A DNA stretch of 64,000 nucleotides, taken from NCBI GenBank assembly GCA_963781885.1, contig CAWAHW010000002.1:1120001-1184000 (forward strand), written 5' to 3'. The notes under the pieces were generated by a model. It was not told the DNA's origin, searched no databases, and saw only the letters and a program-made list of their open reading frames with translations. This DNA comes from an uncultured Spirochaetota bacterium (lineage in GTDB: Bacteria; Spirochaetota; Spirochaetia; SZUA-6; Fen-1364). A program made the translations under genes and the position numbers. Positions 1 through 9,878 of the stretch are shown piece after piece (position 1 is the first letter of the stretch; each line of letters starts with the position of its first letter).

Positions 1-259
1 CGAGGTGGGCATCCTTTCCCTGGCGGCACGCTTCGCGGCCAAGGAGGCTTTCGGCAAGGCCATCGGATCGGGTTTGAGGCATTTCGCCCTGCGCGAGATC
101 GCCGTGCTCAACGATTCCACGGGCAAGCCGTTCATGCTGCTCACGGGGTCGGCGGAACGGGCATTCAAGGACTTCGGCGGCAACCGCCTTGTCTGCTCGC
201 TGTCCCACGAGCGCGACAACGCGCTGGCGGTGGTGATCATCGAAGGGGAGCGTTCATGA
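1..259 (+). CDS. acpS: holo-ACP synthase (5'-truncated by the window edge)
   Basis: LAARFAAKEAFGKAIG and SLSHERDNALAVVII are AcpS signature motifs. Confidence 0.92.
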   Translation, partial: EVGILSLAARFAAKEAFGKAIGSGLRHFALREIAVLNDSTGKPFMLLTGSAERAFKDFGGNRLVCSLSHERDNALAVVIIEGERS

Positions 260-1143
260 GCGACGTCCAGAAAGTGACATTCTTCGAGAAAAAACAGACG
301 GTCTGCCCGATCTGCGGGGCGAAGTTCTTTCGCGAGGACCTGCTCTCCGGCGGGGGCCGGCTGATCGCGGGCAATCTCACCAAGGAGCTGCGCAGGAACT
401 ACGAGCCGTCCAAGAAGTTCGGCGCCATCCATCCCCTCATCTACGCGATCACGGTCTGCCCGATCTGCTACTTCTCGGCGTTGCCCCAGGACTTCGCGGC
501 CGTGCCGGATGCGAGCGTGAAGAAGATGGAGGTGAACGCGGACGACAGGCGCCAGAGCATCGGCACGATCTTCCCGCAGCTCGACTTTACGTCGCCGCGG
601 ACGCTCCACGAGGGCGTGGCGAGCTATTTCTTCGCCGCCATGTGCTACGATTTCTACGACAAGAAGTTCAACCCGACATTCAAGGCGGGGCTTTCTTCCC
701 TGCGGGCGGCGTGGCTTCTCTCTGACCTGCACGAGGCAGAGCCCGGCGAAAGCTGGGATCATCTGGCGCTTCTGTTCTACCGCAAGGCGCATTTCTATTA
801 TGCGTTGGCCCTGGAGCGCGAGAGCGGGGGGCAGGAGGCATTCGACGCGGCGCTCGCCTTCGGCCCGGACCTGGACAAGAATTACGGCTACTACGGGGTC
901 ATCTACCTCGCGGCATACCTGGACTACAAGTACGGGCCCACCGCGGACGGGGAGAAACGCATCGCGGCCCTCCAGTATGCACGGCGCATGATGGCCAAGA
1001 TATTCGGGGTGGGCAGATCGTCGAGGAATCGGCCCACGGCCATCCTCGACAATGCAAAAGAGGTCTACGAGCTGATGGGAGTGGAAATAGAGAAGCTCCA
1101 GCCGGGCGCCAAGGTCGACGACGAAGCCTCGGATTCCGCCTAG
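256..1143 (+). CDS. DUF2225-family protein (Zn-ribbon plus helical domain)
   Basis: Two CPIC pairs; sits between acpS and truA with an ATGA overlap, as in spirochaetes. Confidence 0.8.
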   Translation: MSDVQKVTFFEKKQTVCPICGAKFFREDLLSGGGRLIAGNLTKELRRNYEPSKKFGAIHPLIYAITVCPICYFSALPQDFAAVPDASVKKMEVNADDRRQSIGTIFPQLDFTSPRTLHEGVASYFFAAMCYDFYDKKFNPTFKAGLSSLRAAWLLSDLHEAEPGESWDHLALLFYRKAHFYYALALERESGGQEAFDAALAFGPDLDKNYGYYGVIYLAAYLDYKYGPTADGEKRIAALQYARRMMAKIFGVGRSSRNRPTAILDNAKEVYELMGVEIEKLQPGAKVDDEASDSA

Positions 1144-1164
1144 GCCGCGGACCGGACGACCTGC

Positions 1165-1953
1165 ATGGCGGAGCGCAATATCAAACTCGTCGTGGCGTAC
1201 GACGGGACCGATTTCCTCGGCTGGCAGCTCCAGAAGACCGGCCGGACCGTCCAGGGAGTGATGCAGGAAGGCTTTTCGCGGATGCATGGGCATCCCGTCC
1301 AAGTCGTCGCGGCCGGCCGCACGGACTCCGGGGTGCATGCCACGGGACAGGTGGTGAACTTCTTTTCCACCATCGACTCCATCGCGCCTTCCCGTTTCCG
1401 CGACGCGGTGAACAGCTACCTGCCCCGGGACGTGCGCGTGCTCTCCAGTGCCGAGGTGAATGCCGGTTTTCACGCGCGGAAGTCCGCGCGGCTGCGCGTC
1501 TACCGCTACTACATCGCGCACGGGCCCGTCCTCCTGCCGCACCTGCGCAACTATCGCCTGTGGGTGCGGCGCGACCTTGACGTCGTGCGGCTCAATGAGA
1601 TGGCCGCCGCGCTCGTCGGGCAGCACGACTTCACCTGCTTCTCCGCCGAGGGGGACATGAACCACTCCAAGGTGCGGCGCGTGGACGTGTCGGCATTTCA
1701 CGTCGAAGGGGATACCCTGGTGTACACGGTGGCGGCATCGTCTTTTTTGTGGAAGATGGTACGCACGATCATCGGGACGCTGCTGATGCTGGAGGAACAG
1801 GGTCTGGGGGCGCGCGAGCTGCGCGTCATCATGGAAGCGGGACAGCGGTCGAATGCGGGGGGCACGGCCTCCCCCAGCGGCCTTTTTCTGGAAAGGGTTG
1901 TCTATGGCGCGGGATGCGAAGAGTCTCTGGAAGACCCTGAACCTGATGGATGA
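1165..1953 (+). CDS. truA: tRNA pseudouridine(38-40) synthase
   Basis: YDGTDFLGWQ, AGRTDSGVHATGQV and FLWKMVR motifs. Confidence 0.95.
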   Translation: MAERNIKLVVAYDGTDFLGWQLQKTGRTVQGVMQEGFSRMHGHPVQVVAAGRTDSGVHATGQVVNFFSTIDSIAPSRFRDAVNSYLPRDVRVLSSAEVNAGFHARKSARLRVYRYYIAHGPVLLPHLRNYRLWVRRDLDVVRLNEMAAALVGQHDFTCFSAEGDMNHSKVRRVDVSAFHVEGDTLVYTVAASSFLWKMVRTIIGTLLMLEEQGLGARELRVIMEAGQRSNAGGTASPSGLFLERVVYGAGCEESLEDPEPDG

Positions 1954-2635
1954 CTGGCTGTCGGCGGGCTTCCGACGCCAGCATCCGGACGTGACCGTGG
2001 ATGATGCTGCCCGGCCCGCGGGGGCGACCGCGGTTTCGGAACCAGCCGCGTCTTCCGGAGCGCCGGGCGATGCCGATGCGCGCGCGGCGGAGCTCCAGGA
2101 AATCGCACGCCAGGTCGCTGCCTGCATGAAGTGCGGGCTTTCGGTGAACCGCACGGTGGCCGTGCCTGGTGAAGGCCCGCTGGACGCCGCGGTGATGTTC
2201 GTGGGGGAGGGACCGGGGGCAGAGGAAGACCGCACGGGGCGCCCCTTTGTCGGCGCCGCGGGCCAGTACCTGGATACGTGGCTCACTCCCATCGGCCTCA
2301 CCCGCGCGCAGTGCTTCATCGCCAACTGCGTGAAATGCCGGCCGCCGCAGAACAGGGAACCCCATCCGGATGAGATTTCCGCCTGCCTGCCATATCTCCA
2401 GCGCCAGGTCGCCCTCGTGCGCCCCCGGATCATCTGCTGCCTGGGCAGGATCGCGGCGCACACTCTCCTGGGCACCACGCGCAGCCTCGGGGAGCTTCGC
2501 GGCAAGACCCACTCCTTCCAGGGCATTCCCGTGATCGTCACCTACCACCCCAGCGCCGTGCTCCGCGACAAGGCGACCCTGCGGAAGCCGGTCTGGGACG
2601 ACCTGAAGCGCCTCCAGAGCATGCTCGCGCAATGA
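1904..2635 (+). CDS. uracil-DNA glycosylase family 4 (Fe-S)
   Basis: CMKC, GEGPG-EED-GRPFVG, KCRPP-NREP and TYHPSA motifs; ATG 1904 chosen as the probable start. Confidence 0.9.
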   Translation: MARDAKSLWKTLNLMDDWLSAGFRRQHPDVTVDDAARPAGATAVSEPAASSGAPGDADARAAELQEIARQVAACMKCGLSVNRTVAVPGEGPLDAAVMFVGEGPGAEEDRTGRPFVGAAGQYLDTWLTPIGLTRAQCFIANCVKCRPPQNREPHPDEISACLPYLQRQVALVRPRIICCLGRIAAHTLLGTTRSLGELRGKTHSFQGIPVIVTYHPSAVLRDKATLRKPVWDDLKRLQSMLAQ

Positions 2636-4577
2636 GCAGGTTTGTCGAGCTCGCCTTCAACCTTCCCGTCCGCAAAGCCTTCACGTACGCCTTGCCGGAT
2701 GGGCTGTCCGCCGCAACGGGCCAGAGGGTCGCCGCGCCCTTCGGCGCCCGCAAGCTCACGGGCATGGTGGTGGGCGAAAGGGACTCCGCCCCCGCCGGCG
2801 TTGCGGAGATACGCGAAATCACGCGCGTCATCGACGACCGGCCCGTTTTCGACGACAAGGTGGTCCAGCTTGCACGGTGGATGTCGCGCATGTACATGTG
2901 CTCGCTGGGAGAGGCGCTTTCCGCCATGCTCCCGGCGGCCGGCGCGAGGCGGAGCAGGAAGAAACGGCCCTGGAGGAAGAGCCGCGGCTGCACGAGCTTG
3001 CGCCGCAGCAGACAGAAGCGATTGCCGCGGTGCTGGAGAAGGGAGCAGGCTCGTACTACCTCTTCGGCGTCACCGGCTCCGGCAAGACGGACGTCTTCCT
3101 CCACGTCGCGCGGGACGTCGTGTCGCGCGGCAAAGGCGTCATCTACCTCGTGCCGGAAATATCGCTCACCCACCAGGCCGTCCGCATTTTCCGCACGCAC
3201 TTCAAGGACCGGCTGGCCATCCTTCACTCTTCGCTCACGCCTTCCCAGCGCCTGAAGGAATGGACCCGCGTCCTGGACGGGGCCGTGGACATCGTGATCG
3301 GCGCGCGCAGCGCGATCTTCGCGCCTTTTCCCCGTCTGGGCCTGGTGGTGATCGACGAGGAGCACGAAGGCTCCTACAAGTCGGGCACGACGCCGCGCTA
3401 TCACGCGCGCCAGGTTGCCATGTACCGGGCGGGGCAGGAGGGGGCGATCCTCCTCATGGGAAGCGCCACGCCTTCCCTGGAAGCGTGGCACCACATGCGG
3501 GAGGGAACCTTGACCGGTCTCAGGCTCCCGGACCGGTTGAGCGGCGGGGCGATGCCCGCCGTGGAGGTCGTGGACATGCGCCGGGAAAAGGGGCCGCTCT
3601 CCGCGCCGCTCCTGGACCGGATCGGCCGGGTGCACGCCGAGGGGCGGCAGGCCATCCTCTTTCTCAACCGGCGCGGCTTCTCCTACATGTTCCACTGCCG
3701 ATCGTGCGGCTACGAGATGACCTGCGCGCACTGCTCGGTGGCCATGACGTATCACAAGGAACGACAGCGCATGATCTGCCACTACTGTGGATCCTCCGCT
3801 GCTCCCGTCACCGTCTGCCCGACCTGCGGATCGCTGGACGTCGGCTATTCTGGGTTCGGCACGGAGGGCATCGAGGAGGAACTGGGCCGCCACTTCCCCC
3901 GCATGGTGGTTCGCAGGATCGACACGGATGCGGTGAAGAAGAAAAAGGTGCTGAAGGAGGCGCTTGCCGATTTCCGCGACGGCAAGATTCACGTCCTCAT
4001 CGGTACGCAGATGGTGGCAAAGGGTCTGAATTTTCCCGGCGTGAAGCTCGTGGGCATCGTGAATGCCGACACGGGCTTCCAGATGCCGGACTTCCGGGCA
4101 GCGGAGCGCACGTTCAGCCTCCTGGTCCAGGTGTCGGGGAGGGCAGGGCGATCGATACCGGACGGCATCGTTCTCATCCAGACCTTCCGTCCCGGCGCCG
4201 CGGCCATCCTCATGGCGCGGGAGGGCAGGCTGGAGGAGTTCTATGCTGCCGAGCTCGACATGCGCCGCCAGCTCGGCTTTCCGCCGTTCAGCAGGCTCAT
4301 CCGCCTGGTGGTGCGCTCCCGCAGCCGGCAGAAGGCACTCGATGCGTGCGCCGCGCTCGCCCGCGCGCTGTCAGAGCCGGTGAGTGGCGTCGCGGAGCTG
4401 CTCGGTCCCGCGGAGTGCCCCCTGGCGCGCATCTCGGGAAGCTATCGTTACCACTGCATCGTGCGCGCGACGCGTTTCTCCGAGGCGCATGCGCGGGTGA
4501 GCGCGGCGTTGGAGGCCTTCCGGGTGCCAGCGGGCGTCCACGTCGAGGTCGACGTCGACCCGCAGGCCCTCCTCTGA
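2632..4577 (+). CDS. priA: primosomal protein N' with an apparent 1-bp frameshift at ~2931-2933
   Basis: N-terminal domain in ORF 2632; GVTGSGKT, DEEH, Zn fingers and QVSGRAGR in ORF 2877. Adding one C to CCC(2931-2933) restores MLPGGRRE. Probably a sequencing error. Confidence 0.93.
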
Positions 4578-4638
4578 TCGCGAAAGACTTGGCGCCCGCG
4601 GTCGATTTTGATACTATAGATGCAAGGCGAGCGCGCAG

Positions 4639-5127
4639 ATGCTTCCCATCATCAAGCTTGGCGATTCGATGCTCACGAAACACTCGGTCGTGGTACCCGA
4701 CATAAACGGCGATATCCAGACCCTTGTTTCCGATATGTTCGATGCGATGGATCGCGGCAGGGGCGTGGGGCTCGCGGGTGTCCAGGTGGGCCGCCTGCTG
4801 AGGCTCTTCATCACCCGCGTGCCCGGCGACTCTCCGCGCGTCTTTATCAATCCCGACATCCTGGAGACCTCGATCGAGCAGGAGCCGTTTGAAGAGGGCT
4901 GCCTCAGCATCCCCGGCCTCTACACGGACGTGACCCGTCCTTCCTCCGTACGCGTGCAGGCATGGAATCTCAAAGGCCGGCCGTTCAGCCTCACGGTGGA
5001 CGGGTATCTCGCCCGGGTGATCCAGCACGAGTTCGACCATTTGAACGGGATTCTTTTCATCGACAGGATAGATCCGAAGAAAAAACTTCGCCTGCTCTCT
5101 GGGTACGAGGCAAAAGTAGAGGTCTGA
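4639..5127 (+). CDS. def: peptide deformylase
   Basis: GVGLAGVQ, EGCLS and QHEFDHL motifs. Confidence 0.96.
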   Translation: MLPIIKLGDSMLTKHSVVVPDINGDIQTLVSDMFDAMDRGRGVGLAGVQVGRLLRLFITRVPGDSPRVFINPDILETSIEQEPFEEGCLSIPGLYTDVTRPSSVRVQAWNLKGRPFSLTVDGYLARVIQHEFDHLNGILFIDRIDPKKKLRLLSGYEAKVEV

Positions 5128-6074
5128 TGCGCATCCTTTTCGCGGGGACGCCGGCGCTGGCCGTTCCCTCGCTCGAGGCGGCAATGCGTGCCTGCGAGGT
5201 GGCGGCGGTCCTGACGAGCCCCGACCGACCCGCCGGCCGCGGACGCTCCCCCACGTCATCCCCGGTGAAGGCGGCGGCCCTCTCCCGGGGGCTCGCCGTG
5301 CTCACCCCGGAAAAGCTCGATGCAGATGCGCTGAGCCGCGTGCGCGCGCTCGCCCCCGATCTCCTTGTCGTTGCGGCGTACGGCAAGATCTTCCGGCCCG
5401 CCTTCCTGGAAATCTTTCCCCTGGGCGGAATCAACCTGCACCCTTCGCTGCTTCCCCGGTACCGGGGGCCGTCGCCCATCACGGCGGCCATACTGGGCGG
5501 CGATGCCGAGACGGGTGTGACCGTCCAGCGCGTCGCGGCGAAATTCGACACCGGCGACATCCTTGCGCAGGAGCGCTGCCCGCTGGGGGGGGATGAAACC
5601 ACCGGCACACTCACCGAGACGCTCGCCCGACGGGGCGCGGAGCTGCTTTCCCGGGTGCTTGTCGAGCTGGCGGCGGGCCGGCAGCCGACCGCGATTGTCC
5701 AGAGGGACGATGAGGCGACCTACTGCGGCACCCTGGAAAAGGACGACGGGAAGCTGAGCTGGGATGAGCCGGCCGCGCTCATCGAGCGCAAGATACGCGC
5801 CTTCGATCCCTGGCCGCGCGCCCGTACCGTTTTCAACGGGGAAATGCTCCTGCTCTTGAAATCCCACGTGTATCCGGATAGCCTCTCCCGAGAAGTGGCA
5901 CGCGGGGTGCCGGGTGACGTGCTGCGCGGTGACGCACAACACGGGCTGTTGGTCTGCGCGGGGACCGGCATCCTTGCCCTGGAACGCCTCCAACTGCAAT
6001 TCAAGAAGCCGCTGGACTGGCGGGCCTTCCTGAACGGGAATCCGGGCATCGTCGGAGCCCGCCTGGGGGCATGA
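5127..6074 (+). CDS. fmt: methionyl-tRNA formyltransferase
   Basis: MRILFAGTP start overlaps the def stop (TGATG); NLHPSLLPRYRGPSP motif. Confidence 0.95.
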   Translation: MRILFAGTPALAVPSLEAAMRACEVAAVLTSPDRPAGRGRSPTSSPVKAAALSRGLAVLTPEKLDADALSRVRALAPDLLVVAAYGKIFRPAFLEIFPLGGINLHPSLLPRYRGPSPITAAILGGDAETGVTVQRVAAKFDTGDILAQERCPLGGDETTGTLTETLARRGAELLSRVLVELAAGRQPTAIVQRDDEATYCGTLEKDDGKLSWDEPAALIERKIRAFDPWPRARTVFNGEMLLLLKSHVYPDSLSREVARGVPGDVLRGDAQHGLLVCAGTGILALERLQLQFKKPLDWRAFLNGNPGIVGARLGA

Positions 6075-6086
6075 GCAAGAGGACGT

Positions 6087-7166
6087 ATGAGGGACTTCAT
6101 CTGGAAACTGCAGACATGGTTCGAGAAGGCGCTGGCGTGGACGCAGGCCTTTCTCCGCAAGGTGCTCCCCCACGCGGACGATGCCCCTGAGCTTCGAAGC
6201 CTCAAGATCTACGTTTTCCTTTTCGTCGGAATCATCGGGCTCATGATCGTGATCGGCGGCATCACGTTCGGCATCGCCGTCCGCGGCCAGCCGGAAACAC
6301 TCGTGCCGAACGTGCAGGGCAAGGACGTGCTGGATGCCCTGATCGACCTGCAGTCAAAGGAGCTCGTGCCCGACATCCAGGTGCAGTACTCGGCGGAAAG
6401 CGCCAAGGACACGGTCCTCTCCCAGCGCCCGTCGCCGGGAACCCTCGTGAAGGCCGGCAAGCACGTGACGCTGAGGATCTCCAAGGGTCCGGTGGTCGAC
6501 AAGGTGGAGAGCTACGTCGGCTGGACGCTCGCGGAGGTCAAATACCACCTCCAGACGATCTTTGCGACGCACAGCGCGAGCATCATCATCAAGACGCCCA
6601 TCATCTACCAGTACAAGGCGGGCGTGCCCTCCGGCCAGGTCATCGCCCAGAGCCCGGAGCCGGGCACGAAGATCACGGACGTGACCTACGTCGAGCTCGT
6701 CGTGAGCCAGGACCAGAGCGCATCGTCTTCGATCGCCGCGGGCGACTATGTCGGCAAGAGCTTCCAGGAGGCCATCCAGGACCTCACGAAGGATTCCATC
6801 CCGTTCACGTTCACGCTCGCCACGAACGGCAAGGGTGCAGCCGGGTCCGTCGTCGACCAGAATCCCGACAAGGGTACGCCGCTCGCGAACGGGCAGGTCG
6901 TCCAGCTCACCATGATCCCGCCAACGGCCGCAAGCATCGGCAAGGACAATATATTCGGGCTCTTCAAGTACTCGCTCCCCGACCAGCCTATCGCCGTGAC
7001 GATCCGTCTCGTGATCGCCTCCGACTCCCAACCGCAGGAGATATTCTCCATGAAGCATTCCGGCGGGCCCCTGTCCGTGCCGTATATCGTACCGGACGGC
7101 AGCGAGCTCGTTCTCTACGTTCTCGACCAGGAGGTGGACAGGGAAAAGGCGGTCGCCGTCAAGTGA
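6087..7166 (+). CDS. membrane-anchored PASTA-domain protein
   Basis: One TM helix, then three PASTA-like repeats (VPNVQG..., SQRPSPGT, AQSPEPGT, DQNPDKGT). Confidence 0.85.
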   Translation: MRDFIWKLQTWFEKALAWTQAFLRKVLPHADDAPELRSLKIYVFLFVGIIGLMIVIGGITFGIAVRGQPETLVPNVQGKDVLDALIDLQSKELVPDIQVQYSAESAKDTVLSQRPSPGTLVKAGKHVTLRISKGPVVDKVESYVGWTLAEVKYHLQTIFATHSASIIIKTPIIYQYKAGVPSGQVIAQSPEPGTKITDVTYVELVVSQDQSASSSIAAGDYVGKSFQEAIQDLTKDSIPFTFTLATNGKGAAGSVVDQNPDKGTPLANGQVVQLTMIPPTAASIGKDNIFGLFKYSLPDQPIAVTIRLVIASDSQPQEIFSMKHSGGPLSVPYIVPDGSELVLYVLDQEVDREKAVAVK

Positions 7167-7172
7167 CGATTG

Positions 7173-7201
7173 TTGACAGGAGCCGCGGTTCCTGGTATTT
7201 T
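7173..7201 (+). promoter_or_regulatory. sigma70-type promoter of tRNA-Gly
   Basis: TTGACA-17 nt-TATTTT with an extended -10 TG, 12 nt upstream of the tRNA. Confidence 0.7.
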
Positions 7202-7213
7202 TCTTCTGTTCAT

Positions 7214-7284
7214 GCGAGCGTCGTAAAATGGCATTACCCCAGCTTCCCAAGCTGGAGTCGGGAGTTCGATTCTCCTCGCTCGCT
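7214..7284 (+). tRNA. tRNA-Gly (anticodon CCC); CCA not encoded
   Basis: Acceptor stem GCGAGCG/CGCTCGC, anticodon arm CCAGC-TTCCCAA-GCTGG, T-arm GGGAG-TTCGATT-CTCCT, discriminator U. Confidence 0.95.
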
Positions 7285-7504
7285 AACTTGTTTCTGGATT
7301 AGGAATTGGATGGCAGTGTTTTATTGAATCCTGCGGCGATACTTTGTTATAATTTTCTGAACTTCCCGCAAACCAATACAAAGCGAAATCCCAAGAGGCA
7401 AGTTCTTGGCCACTGAGCTGCACCCCTCAAACTGGCGGCAGCTGCCAGGCGAGCTTGTACGCCCCTGCAATCGAGCCGCATTTGCGTTCAGTGCCTGACA
7501 ACCG

Positions 7505-7660
7505 TCACACGCTGATGTTTTTGCGCTGGAACGACCATAGAGGGAGCCGAGAACCAGCACTGCCGCGGCAGCAAGCGGCACAGCAATGTCAACAGTGGAA
7601 AGCCCGTGCTGCATCACGTCGGCGGTGTCGTAGTATGCGTAGAAGGAGATCACGTCAGGC
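7505..7660 (-). pseudogene. 3' remnant of an ABC-2-type permease
   Basis: ISFYAYYD..., a hydrophobic helix, and (after a frameshift) LWSFQRKNISV*, which resembles the F-x-R-R-D-I C-terminus of ABC-2 permeases; no 5' part. Confidence 0.45.
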
Positions 7661-8046
7661 ATCGATTCTAGGAACGGCTCATAGTGAACATTGGCATTGT
7701 CATGGTGTTCGCGGCCTTCTTTTTGAGATTCCTGAAGAACCCACAAGCTACGCGCCGCGTCACCGGTAAAGCCCCGCCAGATGCAATTGGGACACAGTGG
7801 GGCCTTTTCCGCTCATGGTCGATAGTGCTGTGCCGCCTGGCTCCCGCTCCCCGGGCGTCTTTGTAGTTTTAGCAACTGCTACAGCGTCAAGCCCCCGCGG
7901 CGGGGTTTTGGGGGGCTTGAACGTTACAGATTGAGGCAATAGAATGACGAAAACGAGAAATGGATGTTGGATTCATAAAAGGATTCTGGGTCTAAACGGG
8001 AAATCTCGGACGCTGAGTCGTGCAAGCTTGCACCAAGGAGAGAGAG

Positions 8047-8544
8047 ATGAGAAGATTCGTACTACCGATCTTGTTGACGATCGCCATCCCAGTGACGGCG
8101 TTCGGCTATGCGCATCCTAACCTCATAGACGCTCAACGTTTAATCGACCAAAGTTTCGCCAGGATTACCAAGGCCCAGGAAAACAACGACTTCGATCTCG
8201 AAGGCCACGCAGCGAAGGCTAAAGACGCGCTCGTGAACGCGAAGGAAGAAATCTCCCTCGCCGCGGCGTATGCGGACAAAAACTCTGCTTTCGCGAAGTT
8301 CCTCAAGGGGCTCGGATTCCATGAGACTCCGAATGGCGAGGCGCCGGAAGTGAATATCAGCAAGAAGAAGCACCCAGCGCTCGCCGCGGCGCAACAGCTC
8401 GTCTTCGATGCGTACGAGAAACTCGTCATAGCCCAGGAGGCGAACGAGTTCGACATGGATGGTCACGCCCAAAAAGCCAAGGATTTCCTGGATATCGCGG
8501 CAAAAGAGCTCAAGGCGGCCGCCGTAGCCGCGAACAAGAACTAG
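8047..8544 (+). CDS. secreted helical protein with two tandem ~60-aa His-containing repeats
   Basis: Signal peptide MRRFVLPILLTIAIPVTAFG; two repeats of HPxL..AQ...AQExNxFD(L/M)xGHAxKAKD...AAxxAxKN; GGAG RBS. Confidence 0.8.
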   Translation: MRRFVLPILLTIAIPVTAFGYAHPNLIDAQRLIDQSFARITKAQENNDFDLEGHAAKAKDALVNAKEEISLAAAYADKNSAFAKFLKGLGFHETPNGEAPEVNISKKKHPALAAAQQLVFDAYEKLVIAQEANEFDMDGHAQKAKDFLDIAAKELKAAAVAANKN

Positions 8545-8655
8545 AGTCAATCGGCGGGAGTCCTACACTTTCCGGTGATCGCGCATGCCGCTCGCCTTGT
8601 GGTAGGACCCCGCCTATCTCGTCCTATTATTCTGAAGACATTGCTCCTTTGACAG

Positions 8656-8744
8656 ATAGTCCAAGGTCGATAGCTTCATATGATTCTTCGCAAAGAACGC
8701 TCGCCGCGTTGACCCGCTCTATGGAATACATCGCGTCGTCTTTT
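8656..8744 (-). pseudogene. remnant of IS66 tnpA
   Basis: Aligns by eye, with roughly ten differences, to 27873-27962 (tnpA of the second IS66). Confidence 0.75.
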
Positions 8745-8826
8745 TGAACCGGTCGAGCAAAATGCGGCCTTCATTTCTGCGGAGCTCCGCCTATTCCCTC
8801 TCTCCTCAGGTGCTGGCTTCCTTGAG

Positions 8827-9397
8827 TGAGACTTGATAACCCACCGCCTATGGCGGTGGTGATGTCCTGATGGCTATGCCGTAAGACGGAATGCGAATAA
8901 AATCGAAACATGACGAAATGGAAAAAACAATCGCACGTGGTCTACCAGTGCAGCTATCACATAGTATGGTGCCCCAAGTATAGATTTCGAATACTTGAAG
9001 GTGCTGTAGCGAAGTACGTCGAAGGACGTATCAGGGCGATCTGCGAATGGAAGGATAGTGGAATAGAGGAACTGAATGTGATGAAAGATCATGTGCATCT
9101 GGTGGTAAACGTTCCTCCAAGGGTATCGATATCAGAACTGATGGGGATTTTGAAGGGCAAGACAGCAATAGGAATATTTCAAAACTACAAGAGCTTGAAG
9201 CGGAAACCATACTGGGGAAATCATTTCTGGAGCCGCGGCTATTGCGTAACGACGATAGGGCTGGATGAAGAGAAGATACGTCGCTACGTACGATACCAGG
9301 AAGAAAACGAGCGGCTCGAAGAGAAAGAGCACGAAGAAGCAGGCCTCTTTTAGAGGCCGGGGTTCAAAACCACCTCCTCTGGAGGTGGATGCTTTAT
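8827..9397 (+). mobile_element. IS200-type element (tnpA only, 571 bp), copy 1
   Basis: Subterminal hairpins CCACCGCC-TAT-GGCGGTGG and CCACCTCC-TCT-GGAGGTGG; preceded by TTGAG; ends GCTTTAT; no TSD; same sequence as 20969-21539. Confidence 0.95.
8910..9353 (+). CDS. tnpA: IS200/IS605-family Y1 HUH transposase
   Basis: YHIVWCPKYR, DHVHL, FWSRGY and YVRYQ motifs. Confidence 0.96.
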   Translation: MTKWKKQSHVVYQCSYHIVWCPKYRFRILEGAVAKYVEGRIRAICEWKDSGIEELNVMKDHVHLVVNVPPRVSISELMGILKGKTAIGIFQNYKSLKRKPYWGNHFWSRGYCVTTIGLDEEKIRRYVRYQEENERLEEKEHEEAGLF

Positions 9398-9710
9398 TAG
9401 CACTGAGCATTCTCGCCTCAACAATGGCACGTTCTCGACGATCGCCCAAACGAGAGCGTCATCGACGGTCGGGTACTCATGGGTGAGCTAGTTTCGGAAA
9501 TCAATGATCCTTCGAGCATTCGTGATCACTTCAAATGTGCGCGATGCCGCGCGCGAGAGTGCCGCGATTGCCTCGCCGATGATGATGAACTATCGCTCCA
9601 CCGACGAACGAACGAGCCGAGACGCCGAATAGGCAGAAAAATCAAGGCCCGAGACAGCGACCGCGATCGCCTCGCAAGAATCAATAACATCGGTAGGACA
9701 AGCGCGCTCG

Positions 9711-9765
9711 TCACGCGGCATACAGCAGCAGTTTTGTGCGTTCTATATTTCGGGCGATGTACGAC
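9711..9765 (-). pseudogene. 3' remnant of an MntA-like nucleotidyltransferase antitoxin (repeated at ~10193-10247)
   Basis: YIARNIERTKLLLYAA* overlaps the hepT start (TATGCCGCGTGA), the usual mntA-hepT junction. Confidence 0.6.
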
Positions 9766-9878
9766 AAGCCCCTTTCCTACCCGTATGATCTGCAGCCCTA
9801 AAACCCGTGCCTCCCTGTCCCGGACTTGCAAGAGAGAGTTACTCTTCAAAGTCGTCAACCCAACCCCGTTTAAAGGTG

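Larger units (their letters stand above)
8806..9721 (-). pseudogene. HepT-like (DUF86/HEPN) RNase toxin, copy 1, with 2 in-frame TAG and IS200 inserted 7 codons before the stop
   Basis: Manual translation from ATG 9721: MPRDERA...SSVER*FIIIGEA...RIIDFRN*LTHEYPTVDDALVWAIVENVPLLRRECSVL|LKEAST*. R-x4-H HEPN motif; the frame is restored when the IS is removed. Confidence 0.85.

Noticed and set aside
7260-7284. tRNA-Gly 3' end as an att site
   Set aside because: No second copy found by eye in the window and no integrase seen
7887-7920. Inverted repeat TCAAGCCCCC...GGGGGCTTGA as a MITE or IS end
   Set aside because: Single short occurrence with no TSD; it could be a terminator but cannot be assigned
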